From Acidobacteriota bacterium (lineage in GTDB: Bacteria > Acidobacteriota > Thermoanaerobaculia > Gp7-AA8): DNA of 58,824 nt. The stretch spans positions 1 through 58,824 of the forward strand of contig JAFATB010000001.1 of the NCBI GenBank assembly GCA_019244185.1. Reading direction: 5' to 3'. The translations under genes were made by a program, and so were the position numbers. Of the stretch, positions 20,635 to 28,807 are shown one piece after another. The number at the start of each line of letters is the position of its first letter. The stretch's first letter is position 1. A model generated the notes under the pieces. The model made no database searches. It saw nothing but the letters and a program-made list of their open reading frames with translations, and was not told the origin of the DNA.

Positions 20635-21743
20635 AGGTCGCGGATCGCCTCAAGGACGTCGAGCTCTCGCTCATCCGCCAGATCAACGCGCTGGCGACGC
20701 CGCTCTCCGTGAACCTCGGCATCGGCGAGCCGAACCTCGCGCCCGACGGGCACTTTCGCGAGCTCGCCGAGCGCGCGGCGCAGGTGCCGTGGCAATACAC
20801 GCCGAACGCCGGCACGCTCTCGCTGCGCAAGCGCCTCTGCGAGGGCACGCTGTTCGATCCGAAGACGGAGGTCTGCGTCACCGCGGGCACGCAGGAGGCG
20901 CTCTTTGCCGTCTTCACCGCGTACGTCGAGCCGGGCGACGAAGTGCTCGTGCCGAATCCCGGCTTCCTGTCGTACGCGACGCTCGCGAAGATCCACGGCG
21001 CGGAGGTCGTCACCTACGATCTCGATCCGCCCGACTGGCGCATTGATATCCAGGCACTGCGCAAGCGCGTCACGCCGAAGACGAAGCTGATCATCGTCAA
21101 CTCGCCGTCGAATCCGCTCGGCAGCGTCGCCGACGCGCCGACGCTCGACGCCGTCGCCGCGCTCGGACCGCTCGTCGTCAGCGACGAGGTCTATCGCGAG
21201 ATCTGGTACGACGCGCCGCCGCCGACGATGCTCGGCCGCGGCGCGAACGTCGTCACGCTGAACGGTCTCTCGAAGAGCCACGGCATGACCGGTCTGCGTC
21301 TCGGCTGGATGCACGCGCAGGCGGACGTCATGAAGCCGATCATCACCGCGCACCAGTACATCGCCACGTGCGCGTCGGCGTTTTCGCAAGGGCTCGCGGA
21401 GCTGATCTTCGACGACGCGGAATGGAACCGCACGTGGCTCGCGGCGATGCGCGCGCAGTTCGCGGCGCAGCGCGAGGCCGCGTTGTATGCGATTCGTCAC
21501 GAGCTCGAGATCGAGCTGGAGCCGCCCGCCGGCGCGTTCTACGCGTTCGCCGCGGTTCCCGCGTGCGACAGCATCTCGTTCGCGAAGACGCTCGCCACCG
21601 ACGCCGCGGTGCTGGTGATCCCCGGACTCGCCTTCGGCACGCGCGGGCAGGGGTTCATCCGCATCTCGTACGCGGCGCCGGTCGAGCAGATCACGGCCGG
21701 CATCGAGCGCATCGGACGCTGGCTGCGCGCGGCCGGGATCTGA
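20631..21743 (+). CDS. PLP-dependent aminotransferase class I/II (candidate N-succinyl-DAP aminotransferase)
   Basis: NLGIGEP, NSPSNPLG, SDEVY, LSKSHGMTGLRLG; ends the dap operon. Confidence 0.88.
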   Translation: MKVADRLKDVELSLIRQINALATPLSVNLGIGEPNLAPDGHFRELAERAAQVPWQYTPNAGTLSLRKRLCEGTLFDPKTEVCVTAGTQEALFAVFTAYVEPGDEVLVPNPGFLSYATLAKIHGAEVVTYDLDPPDWRIDIQALRKRVTPKTKLIIVNSPSNPLGSVADAPTLDAVAALGPLVVSDEVYREIWYDAPPPTMLGRGANVVTLNGLSKSHGMTGLRLGWMHAQADVMKPIITAHQYIATCASAFSQGLAELIFDDAEWNRTWLAAMRAQFAAQREAALYAIRHELEIELEPPAGAFYAFAAVPACDSISFAKTLATDAAVLVIPGLAFGTRGQGFIRISYAAPVEQITAGIERIGRWLRAAGI

Positions 21744-21796
21744 ATCGCGCGCGCACCTCGCATCCAACTTGCACTTCCCGCGCGAGGGAGTTTCAG

Positions 21797-21802
21797 TAAA
21801 CT
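21797..21802 (+). promoter_or_regulatory. sigma70 -10 box (TAAACT) of probable leaderless serine hydrolase/M15 transcript
   Basis: TAAACT 7 nt before ATG 21810. Confidence 0.5.
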
Positions 21803-21809
21803 GCGCGCG

Positions 21810-22715
21810 ATGGCTGCACGGGCCCACCACAAATCCGAAGAGCGTCTGCCGGTTCCGCCACCGAAAGACTCGGTCGCGTCGTCCGAGGTGTCGCTGTATC
21901 GGAACGTGCTCAAGATCAAACAGGAGCACGAGCTCGAGGATCTCGGCATCTCGTTCTTCGATGCGGAGTCGACGATCCAGTGGTCTTACAACGCGGACCA
22001 CTACTTCCACGCCGCGTCGACGATGAAGCTCGCGGTGCTCCTCGGCGTCTTCCGCCAGGTCGACCGCGGCGAGCTGGCGCTGGACGCCCCGGTGCACGTG
22101 CGCAACCGCTTCACGAGCATCGTGAACCAGGAGCCGTTCATGCTCGACCTCGGCCGCGACGCCGATCCCGACGTCTACGGCCACCTCGGCAAAACGCTCA
22201 GCGTGCGCGAGCTCTCCTACTGGATGATCACGAAGTCGAGCAATCTCGCCACGAACCTGCTCGTCGAAGTGGTCGGCATTCCGACGATTCAGCTCGCGCT
22301 CGACGAGCTCGAGATCGACGGCATCCGCGTGCTGCGCGGCGTCGAAGATCAGCGCGCGTTCGAGGCGGGGCTCAACAACGAAGTGACCGCGAACGGATTG
22401 CTCAAACTGCTGCGGCTCGTCGCCGACGGCAAGGCGTATTCGCAGAAGGCGTGCGACGAGATGCTGTCGATCATGCTCGACCAGCAGTACCGCAGCGGCA
22501 TCCCCGCCGGACTGCCGAAGGAAGTGCGCGTGGCGCACAAGACCGGCAACATCTCGACCGTGCATCACGACGCCGGCATCGTCTACATCGAAGGGCGCAA
22601 GCCGTACGTGCTCGTGATCCTCACGCAGTTCGCCGCCGAGACCGGCCGCGGCACCGCGGTGGCCGACGTCTCGCGCGATATCTTCAACGCCCTCGCCGGA
22701 AGCGCGTATGAATGA
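21810..22715 (+). CDS. Class A beta-lactamase-related serine hydrolase, no signal peptide
   Basis: SxxK (ASTMK), SxN (SSN), HKTG, HDAGIV; N-terminus hydrophilic. Confidence 0.9.
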   Translation: MAARAHHKSEERLPVPPPKDSVASSEVSLYRNVLKIKQEHELEDLGISFFDAESTIQWSYNADHYFHAASTMKLAVLLGVFRQVDRGELALDAPVHVRNRFTSIVNQEPFMLDLGRDADPDVYGHLGKTLSVRELSYWMITKSSNLATNLLVEVVGIPTIQLALDELEIDGIRVLRGVEDQRAFEAGLNNEVTANGLLKLLRLVADGKAYSQKACDEMLSIMLDQQYRSGIPAGLPKEVRVAHKTGNISTVHHDAGIVYIEGRKPYVLVILTQFAAETGRGTAVADVSRDIFNALAGSAYE

Positions 22716-23412
22716 GGAGGATGTGGAAGATCAGGGCTTGAAAGTCGTCGATGCGTTCGACCTCGACGACGAACTGCGTGCCGTTCTGAAGCCGGGCGAG
22801 ATGGTGCGCGACGCGCAGGGGCGCCGCCATCGTCTGCCGCGCTATTTCTACGAGATCCCGTCGCACGAGGTCGCGCTCAAGACGCGGCTCACGCCGCATT
22901 TCGGGCTCAACGAATTCGTGCTGGCCGATCTGAAGGAAGCGTCGCGCCTGCACGACTATCCGCGTTACGTCCCGTGCGCGGTGCGGCTGCTCGCGTTCTA
23001 CCTCGAGCAGTTCCGGCATGCCGCCGGCGCGTCGGTGCACATCGCCGTCAACGGCGGCTATCGCTCGCCGTCGCACAAGCTCTCGCAGAACGCCACGCCG
23101 CACATGTGGGGCACCGCCGCGGACGTCTATCGCATCGGCTCGAACATCCTCAAGACGAAAGAAGCGATCGAAAAATACAACGAGCTCGCCGAGGATGTGA
23201 GCGACGAGATCCACGTGCTGCCGTATGGCCACGTCACCGGTCGCCATGCCGACGATCACGTCCATCTCGACCTCGGCTACATCACGCTGATCCCGCGTGA
23301 GATCAGCGAGGATCGCATGGAGCAGCCTCAGGAGAACCGGCCGCGGTTCGCCTTCGAGGAGCGGCGGCGGGTGGATCGGCGGGCGGCGACGGTGCCGGCT
23401 GGCGAGGAGTAA
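22708..23412 (+). CDS. Peptidase M15 (Hedgehog/DD-peptidase fold) Zn metallopeptidase, no signal peptide
   Basis: PHFGLNEF, GGYRSPSH, HMWGTAAD, HVHLD motifs; overlaps upstream gene by 8 nt; GGA-rich context. Confidence 0.82.
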   Translation: MNEEDVEDQGLKVVDAFDLDDELRAVLKPGEMVRDAQGRRHRLPRYFYEIPSHEVALKTRLTPHFGLNEFVLADLKEASRLHDYPRYVPCAVRLLAFYLEQFRHAAGASVHIAVNGGYRSPSHKLSQNATPHMWGTAADVYRIGSNILKTKEAIEKYNELAEDVSDEIHVLPYGHVTGRHADDHVHLDLGYITLIPREISEDRMEQPQENRPRFAFEERRRVDRRAATVPAGEE

Positions 23413-23434
23413 TCGGGGACGCGCGCGCCAACTC

Positions 23435-23450
23435 CGGCGTAGCGTTTGCT
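23435..23450 (+). promoter_or_regulatory. sigma54 (-24/-12)-like promoter upstream of PafA-like gene
   Basis: CGGCGTAGCGTTTGCT = GG-N10-GC with TTGCW, intergenic and correctly oriented. Confidence 0.55.
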
Positions 23451-23503
23451 TAGACCCCCTCTGCAGTTGCCGTTTGCCCCAGTCCTCACTTCCGGAGTCT
23501 GCG

Positions 23504-25162
23504 TTGCCATCTTCCGACAGGAAAACCGCTCTCGATAGAGAAGCCCTTCGTCTGCAGAGGGTTAAGCTCGACATGCCCGTCATCGGCATGGAGTCGGAGT
23601 TCAACGTCTGGCTCGACGAGGTCGAGATCAATCCGGAGACGTACTGGAAGCATCCGAGCGCGTTCATCGACCGTCCGCTGCTCACCCGCGAAAAAACTTC
23701 GCTGCAGCTGCCGACCGGCGGCGCCGTCTATTTCGACCGCGGCGTCATCGAGGTCGTGACGCCCGTCATCGAGCTCGCGCCGCAGTCGACCGCGCGCATG
23801 GTGCGCAACCTGTGGGAGCAGATCGGCTTCGTGCGCGATCAGCTCACGAACTGGGGCAAGAAGACCGGCCACACCGTGCGCCTCAAGGCGTACAGCAGCC
23901 ACTACAACATCACCTACGAGATTCCGAAGTCGCAGCAGACGCGCACGCGCAACGAGAAAGCGCTGGCGCTGCTGCTCGCGTACATCCTCCCCGTGCCGGT
24001 GATGCTCGTCGCCTCGAACCGGCGCTCGACCGGCGTCGGCGTGCGGCCGCGCGGCGGACGCATCGAAGTCACCGTCGACTTCACGCCCGATCCCGGCCTC
24101 ATGATCGCGGCGGCCACGCTCATCGTCGGCATCGTCCGCGAAGTCATCTCGTGGCCGTCGTACGACCTGTCGATGCTCGAGAAGCTGCCGATCCCCGTGA
24201 TCGCGGGCGTCGTGCCCGGCAAGCACACGACGCGCAAGGGCTGGCTGACGAAAGACTTTCACTACGAGCAGAGCCCGTATACCGCGGACGTCAATGCGCC
24301 GCTGTGGACGACGCAGTTCGGCGACATGAAGTCACTGCGGCAGATCGCAAAGGAAACCGCGTGGTTTTTCCGGAAGTCGATCCGGCGGTACTCCGACCCG
24401 TTCAGCTTCCGGCTCCTCTTCGCGATCCTCGACGGCCGCGCGCCGTCGCTGCTCGAGCTCATCGATCGGCCGAGCGCGTACGAGGACGTCGGACGCCTCT
24501 GCCGCTGGGGCATGGTCATTCACGAGCTGAAGAACTACGAGTCGGAGATGCGGCTCCTCGCGCCGTGGCGCGAATGGAACGGCGAGTCGATCGACGAGTA
24601 CGTCATCGAACGCCAGCACGCGCGCGAGAAACATCAGACGGAGATGGCGAACGTGAGCGCCGAGGTCCCGCGCGCGCGAACGCGCTCGCTGCGCGCGGCA
24701 TGCGCGAAGACCGACGAGGCGAAGCTCTCGAACGATCTGCAGCCGCGCGCCGTGCAGGCATCGCCGAAGCGGAAGGCGCTGCTGTCGCGCCGCCGCAGCG
24801 ATCGTCCCGGCAAGCTCGTGCCGCGCCGGCCGTCGCAGTATCTCGACCGCCGCGGCACGTCGCTCCTCGCATCGAACAACAACGGCAACGGTCAGGGCGC
24901 GGCCGAACGCCGCGCGAGCCCCGACCGCCGCCACCACGACTACACGATCGCCTTCCCCGACCGCCGCCTCACCCGTTCGGCGTACGAGAAGGTGTTCCTC
25001 AAGCTCGTCTCCGGCAGCCGCCTGCGCGTCGGCAACGACTTCTACAAGCCGATCGGGATGAAGGGCTGGTACCACGCCGTCTTCCGCCGCGAGTCCGACG
25101 GCGCGGAGAAGCTCCTGAGTATCGATCAGCTGCTGAAGAAGATGCAGGACTGGACGTCGTAA
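23504..25162 (+). CDS. PafA/Dop-like (glutamine synthetase/glutamate-cysteine ligase fold) carboxylate-amine ligase with Arg-rich C-terminal extension
   Basis: IGMESEF (GhExE), LPTGGAVYFDRGVIEVVTP (cf. PafA/Dop L.NG.R.Y.D..HPEY.T.E), SSHYNITY (cf. GCHENY), RPRGGRIEV. Start either TTG 23504 (GGAG 6 nt upstream) or ATG 23573. Confidence 0.72.
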   Translation: MPSSDRKTALDREALRLQRVKLDMPVIGMESEFNVWLDEVEINPETYWKHPSAFIDRPLLTREKTSLQLPTGGAVYFDRGVIEVVTPVIELAPQSTARMVRNLWEQIGFVRDQLTNWGKKTGHTVRLKAYSSHYNITYEIPKSQQTRTRNEKALALLLAYILPVPVMLVASNRRSTGVGVRPRGGRIEVTVDFTPDPGLMIAAATLIVGIVREVISWPSYDLSMLEKLPIPVIAGVVPGKHTTRKGWLTKDFHYEQSPYTADVNAPLWTTQFGDMKSLRQIAKETAWFFRKSIRRYSDPFSFRLLFAILDGRAPSLLELIDRPSAYEDVGRLCRWGMVIHELKNYESEMRLLAPWREWNGESIDEYVIERQHAREKHQTEMANVSAEVPRARTRSLRAACAKTDEAKLSNDLQPRAVQASPKRKALLSRRRSDRPGKLVPRRPSQYLDRRGTSLLASNNNGNGQGAAERRASPDRRHHDYTIAFPDRRLTRSAYEKVFLKLVSGSRLRVGNDFYKPIGMKGWYHAVFRRESDGAEKLLSIDQLLKKMQDWTS

Positions 25163-25171
25163 GTCCGCGCG

Positions 25172-25582
25172 TTACGCCGCCGCGACGTTGCGCGTGGCGA
25201 CGCTCGGCGCCATCTCCTCCACCTCCGACATCCGCGCGAGCGTGAACGCGCCGACCGCCATCACGAGATCGCGCACGGCGACGTCGAAGAAGTGTCCGCC
25301 GGCGATGAGCGTCAGAGCGATGAGCGTCAGCCACGCGGCGACGACGTAGCCGCCCAGGCGTGTGAGACCGGCGAGCAGCGCGATGCCGGCGATCATCTCG
25401 ATCACGCCCGCAGTGCGCATGAGCGCTCCCGCGGAAAGCGGCACGAGCTTCAGCAGCATCGGATTCGCGTACTGCTCCCAATTCGTGAGCAGGTTGAAGA
25501 ATTTGTCGAGGCCGGCCAGAAACGCGGTGAGACCGAACGCGATGCGCAGCGTCCAGACGATGGAGTGGATCTTTGCATTCAT
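25172..25582 (-). CDS. DoxX-family membrane protein
   Basis: LRIAFGL, GLDKFFNLL, DVAVRDL; four hydrophobic segments; AGGAGG SD. Confidence 0.82.
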   Translation of the reverse strand: MNAKIHSIVWTLRIAFGLTAFLAGLDKFFNLLTNWEQYANPMLLKLVPLSAGALMRTAGVIEMIAGIALLAGLTRLGGYVVAAWLTLIALTLIAGGHFFDVAVRDLVMAVGAFTLARMSEVEEMAPSVATRNVAAA

Positions 25583-25607
25583 GCTGTTGTTCCTCCTGTC
25601 TGCATGA

Positions 25608-25661
25608 GAGTCGCGAGCGAGACATTCGGTGACGCCGTCACCTTTTCGCGTCGTGAGACTC
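25608..25661. promoter_or_regulatory. Pair of divergent ECF-type promoters GTCACC-N14/15-GACTC
   Basis: + strand GTCACC(25637-42)-N14-GACTC(25657-61); - strand GTCACC(25633-28)-N15-GACTC(25612-08). Confidence 0.6.
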
Positions 25662-25671
25662 CATTGAAGTG

Positions 25672-26334
25672 ATGACCACTCTCGCCACCGCCGTCCCGCT
25701 GCCTGCCGAACCGCCGTCGGACGAAGAACTCGTCGCGCGGATCGTCGCCGGCGACGCCGCGCTCTTCGAGATCCTCATGCGCCGCTACAACCAGCGCGTC
25801 TACCGCGCCGTGCGCGCGGTCCTGCGCGGCGACGACGAGGTCGAAGACGTGATGCAGCAGGCGTATCTCAACGCCTACCAGCACCTCGGCCAGTTTCAGG
25901 GGCGCGCGCGTTTCTCGACGTGGCTCACGCGCATCGCCGTCAACGAAGCGCTCGCGCGCCTCCGCCGACGCGGCCAGCACGAAGACGCAGGAGAACCCGA
26001 CGCGATGATCCGCCTCGTCGACGAGAGCCAACCCGATCCCGAACGGCAGACGGTGACGTCCGAACTGCGCGACGTCCTCGAGCGCGAGGTCGCGGCGCTG
26101 CCCGACGCGTTCCGCCTCGTGCTCATCCTGCGCGACGTCGAAGGGCTCAGCACCGCGGAAGCGGCGGCAACGCTCGAGATCTCCGAGGACAACGTGAAGA
26201 CGCGCCTGCATCGCGCGCGCACGCTGCTGCGCGACAACCTCTACCGCCGCGCCGGCGTCACGCTCGACTCGCTCTTCGTCTTCGGCAACGCGCGCTGTGA
26301 TCGCGTGGTCGCGGCCGTCATGGCAAAGCTGTAA
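25672..26334 (+). CDS. ECF RNA polymerase sigma factor
   Basis: Region 2 (EDVMQQAYL, FSTWLTRIAVN), region 4 (LRDVEGLSTAEAA..VKTRLHRAR), C-terminal FVFGNARCDRVV. Confidence 0.94.
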   Translation: MTTLATAVPLPAEPPSDEELVARIVAGDAALFEILMRRYNQRVYRAVRAVLRGDDEVEDVMQQAYLNAYQHLGQFQGRARFSTWLTRIAVNEALARLRRRGQHEDAGEPDAMIRLVDESQPDPERQTVTSELRDVLEREVAALPDAFRLVLILRDVEGLSTAEAAATLEISEDNVKTRLHRARTLLRDNLYRRAGVTLDSLFVFGNARCDRVVAAVMAKL

Positions 26335-26373
26335 GCGCGAAACCCGCGCGTCCGCGCGCCGTACTCAGTCCAC

Positions 26374-26847
26374 ATGCGACGCGCACTGCTCGTTCCGCTG
26401 CTCCTCCTCGCCATCCACGCCTCCGCGCAGAACGCTGCGCCGCCCGACGAGAAGACGCTCACCGCCACGATCACGGCGCTCGATGCGAAGCTCTTCGACG
26501 CCTACAACCGCTGCGACATGGATACGTTCGCGTCGTTCTTTCCGGAGAAGTTCGAGTTCTACCATGACCAGGGCGGCCTCGAAACCGACCGCACCGGAAT
26601 GATCGCGTCGCTGCGCAAGTACATCTGCGGCAAGGTCACGCGCGAGCTCGTCCCCGGCACGCTCGAGGTCTACCCGATGAACGGCTTCGGCGCCGTCGAG
26701 ATCGGCGTGCACCGCTTCCACCATCCCGGCCACGACGACACCGAGCCGCTCGGCGAAGCGAAGTTCGTGCACCTCTGGCAGTACAAGGACGGCGTCTGGC
26801 AGCTGACGCGCGTGATCAGTTTCGATCACCACGCCGTGCCGCGCTGA
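26374..26847 (+). CDS. Secreted NTF2-like (DUF4440-type) protein
   Basis: Signal peptide; LFDAYNRCD, EFYHDQGG, AKFVHLW, WQLTRVISFDH. Confidence 0.82.
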   Translation: MRRALLVPLLLLAIHASAQNAAPPDEKTLTATITALDAKLFDAYNRCDMDTFASFFPEKFEFYHDQGGLETDRTGMIASLRKYICGKVTRELVPGTLEVYPMNGFGAVEIGVHRFHHPGHDDTEPLGEAKFVHLWQYKDGVWQLTRVISFDHHAVPR

Positions 26848-26854
26848 CCGCGCG

Positions 26855-27091
26855 TCACTCCTTCGAGCGACGCTCCCAGTCTTCGCGCAATGCCTGCTGC
26901 GGCGAGCGATTTTGCAGCCGCGGCTTCGACAGCACCGTCGCGAGCAGATCGGCAACGCCCCACGAGAGAAAGGTCGTCGCGGCGATGGTGAGAAATTGCG
27001 AGACGGTGTGCTGTTCGAGGAGCACGAACAGCGTGAGCGGCACGACGACGCCCATCACGATGAGCCCTACGAAAAAGCGGAGGCCGGACAC
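26855..27091 (-). CDS. Small two-TM hypothetical protein (78 aa)
   Basis: Two hydrophobic segments; TACACT 6 nt before GTG. Confidence 0.68.
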   Translation of the reverse strand: MSGLRFFVGLIVMGVVVPLTLFVLLEQHTVSQFLTIAATTFLSWGVADLLATVLSKPRLQNRSPQQALREDWERRSKE

Positions 27092-27140
27092 GCGCGCAGT
27101 GTAGCGCAGCGCGTCCCGCCTTCTCCGCTACGCAGCCGCG

Positions 27141-28067
27141 TTACCGCGCCTGCGCGCCCCCGTCGGGAACCGCGTTCGTCGCCGAAGCATCCTGCGTCGC
27201 GTTCGAGGCGCTGCCCGCATCCGCGACCCGGTTCGAGATACGGCTGTGGAAGTCCTCTTCGAAGTTCTTCACCTTCGAGACGTAGTCGCGAGTTTCGTGG
27301 AACGGCGGCACGCCGTTGAAGCGGAGCACGTTCCCCTCGCCCGCGTTGTACGCCGCGATGACCTTCGTCTCGTTGCCGTCGAAGCGGTCGTGGAGATAGC
27401 GGAGGTACTTTGCGCCGGCGCTGATGTTCTGCGCGGGGTTCGTGAGGTCGCGCGCGCCCATCCAGCGCCCGGTCTTCGGAACGAGCTGCATGAGACCGAT
27501 CGCGCCCGATCCGGATCGCGCGGCGGGACGGAACTTCGACTCCGCCTGCACGACGGCCGCGACGAGCTCGGGACGCAGATTGTTCTTCTTGGCTTCCTGG
27601 TAAATGATCGAGCCGAAGGGCACTTCCTTCTTGAAGAAGTCCTCGCGCACGCTGTCGCTCATCACCGCCAGTTTCTGCGGTGCCGCGGCGATCGCCTTTA
27701 ACGGCGAGCTCGTGGCCGCCTGCAGACCTCCGGCGACGCCGCCCGCGACCTGCGATGCGATCGACTGCGCCGCCTGCAGATCGCCGGCGAGCTCCTGATC
27801 GAGCGAGTCGGCGGGTTTCGCGTTCGCCGCGTTGGCGTTCTGCTGGATCGTGGTCGCCTTCGCCGCGTCGTTGTGCTGCATGATCATCGTCGGGACGCCG
27901 AGGCCGCCGAAGGCTAGCGAGGCGCCGAGCGCCCAGGTGGCGTATTTCTTCCGGAATCCCTGAAATCGGCGGGGACGGACTGCCTCCACTTCGCGCCGCA
28001 ACTGCGCACGATCGAAGTTGTCGAGAAACCGCTCCTGGTACGGCCGCTTCGTCTTCACCTCGGGCAT
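27141..28067 (-). CDS. Membrane-anchored soluble lytic transglycosylase (SLT domain)
   Basis: AVVQAES, GAIGLMQLVP, GAKYL, IAAYNAGEG, ETRDYV; AGGAGG SD; one N-terminal TM. Confidence 0.92.
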   Translation of the reverse strand: MPEVKTKRPYQERFLDNFDRAQLRREVEAVRPRRFQGFRKKYATWALGASLAFGGLGVPTMIMQHNDAAKATTIQQNANAANAKPADSLDQELAGDLQAAQSIASQVAGGVAGGLQAATSSPLKAIAAAPQKLAVMSDSVREDFFKKEVPFGSIIYQEAKKNNLRPELVAAVVQAESKFRPAARSGSGAIGLMQLVPKTGRWMGARDLTNPAQNISAGAKYLRYLHDRFDGNETKVIAAYNAGEGNVLRFNGVPPFHETRDYVSKVKNFEEDFHSRISNRVADAGSASNATQDASATNAVPDGGAQAR

Positions 28068-28099
28068 CGGCGTTCCTCCTGCCTTTGCCGTTACTTATT

Positions 28100-28115
28100 T
28101 GCAATGTGAAAGCCA
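28100..28115 (-). promoter_or_regulatory. sigma54-like promoter for SLT gene
   Basis: TGGCTTTCACATTGCA (GG-N10-GC). Confidence 0.65.
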
Positions 28116-28153
28116 ATCAAATGGCTGAGCCGTAACGAGTTGTATTCCCACTT

Positions 28154-28169
28154 TGGCCCGGCTGCTGCA
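28154..28169 (+). promoter_or_regulatory. sigma54-like promoter for rlpA-like gene
   Basis: TGGCCCGGCTGCTGCA (GG-N10-GC). A TAGAAT hexamer at 28177-82 is an alternative sigma70 signal. Confidence 0.5.
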
Positions 28170-28192
28170 ATCAGCATAGAATCCGGAGCCAG

Positions 28193-28798
28193 ATGTTGAA
28201 AGGAGCGTGGATCGCGCTCGCCGGCCTCCTGCTCCTCGCCCCTGCCATGCACGCGGGCGAGGCGGACGCGCCGGCTGACGACCTGACGCTCGGGCGGCCG
28301 CTGAGCGACTGCTTCACGATGGTCGCTCCGGCCCCGGCAGCCCCGCCGGAGACGCCGAAGCAGCCCGATGCGTTGATGCAACGCTTTCTGCGCTACGCGC
28401 AGCTTGCGCTGAATCACCGTGTCTCCGGACTCGCCAGCTACTACTCCGCCTTCTTCGACGGACGCCGCACCGCGAACGGCGAGATCTACCGCAACAAGCA
28501 GTACTCCGCCGCGCACCTCACGCTTCCGCTCGGCTCATGGATCGAAGTGACGTCGCGCGCGACGGGACGCAAGCTGCGCATGCGCGTCAACGATCGCGGT
28601 CCGTTCGCGCGCAAGTTCGTGCTCGATCTCTCGCAGGCCGCGGCGCATTACCTCGGCGTCGATATCGCCGCGGACCGCTACGTCGACATCCGCGTCATCG
28701 CGCTGCCCGGCGAAGATCCGCTGCCCGCCGGGGTCACCGCTCCGCCCGCGGCGGACACGCAGATCGCGTCGAGCGCGCCCGCGTCCGGCAGCAAGTGA
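28193..28798 (+). CDS. rlpA: RlpA-family (DPBB) lytic transglycosylase
   Basis: ASYY, GRRTANGE, AAHLTLPLG, VNDRGPF, LDLSQAAA; signal peptide; no SPOR domain. Confidence 0.88.
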   Translation: MLKGAWIALAGLLLLAPAMHAGEADAPADDLTLGRPLSDCFTMVAPAPAAPPETPKQPDALMQRFLRYAQLALNHRVSGLASYYSAFFDGRRTANGEIYRNKQYSAAHLTLPLGSWIEVTSRATGRKLRMRVNDRGPFARKFVLDLSQAAAHYLGVDIAADRYVDIRVIALPGEDPLPAGVTAPPAADTQIASSAPASGSK

Positions 28799-28807
28799 CG
28801 CGCTCGC

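Noticed and set aside
21810-22715. Antibiotic-resistance beta-lactamase
   Set aside because: No signal peptide, chromosomal housekeeping context and coupling to an M15 peptidase; the fold alone does not show beta-lactam hydrolysis.
13351-27131. GTAG...CTAC REP-like hairpins at 13351-67 and 27101-31
   Set aside because: Too short and dissimilar to each other; no RAYT/transposase in the window.
21744-27140. Pup/UBact-like modifier gene near the PafA-like ligase
   Set aside because: No small disordered ORF ending in GGE/GGQ or [ST]G[EQ] was found by eye.
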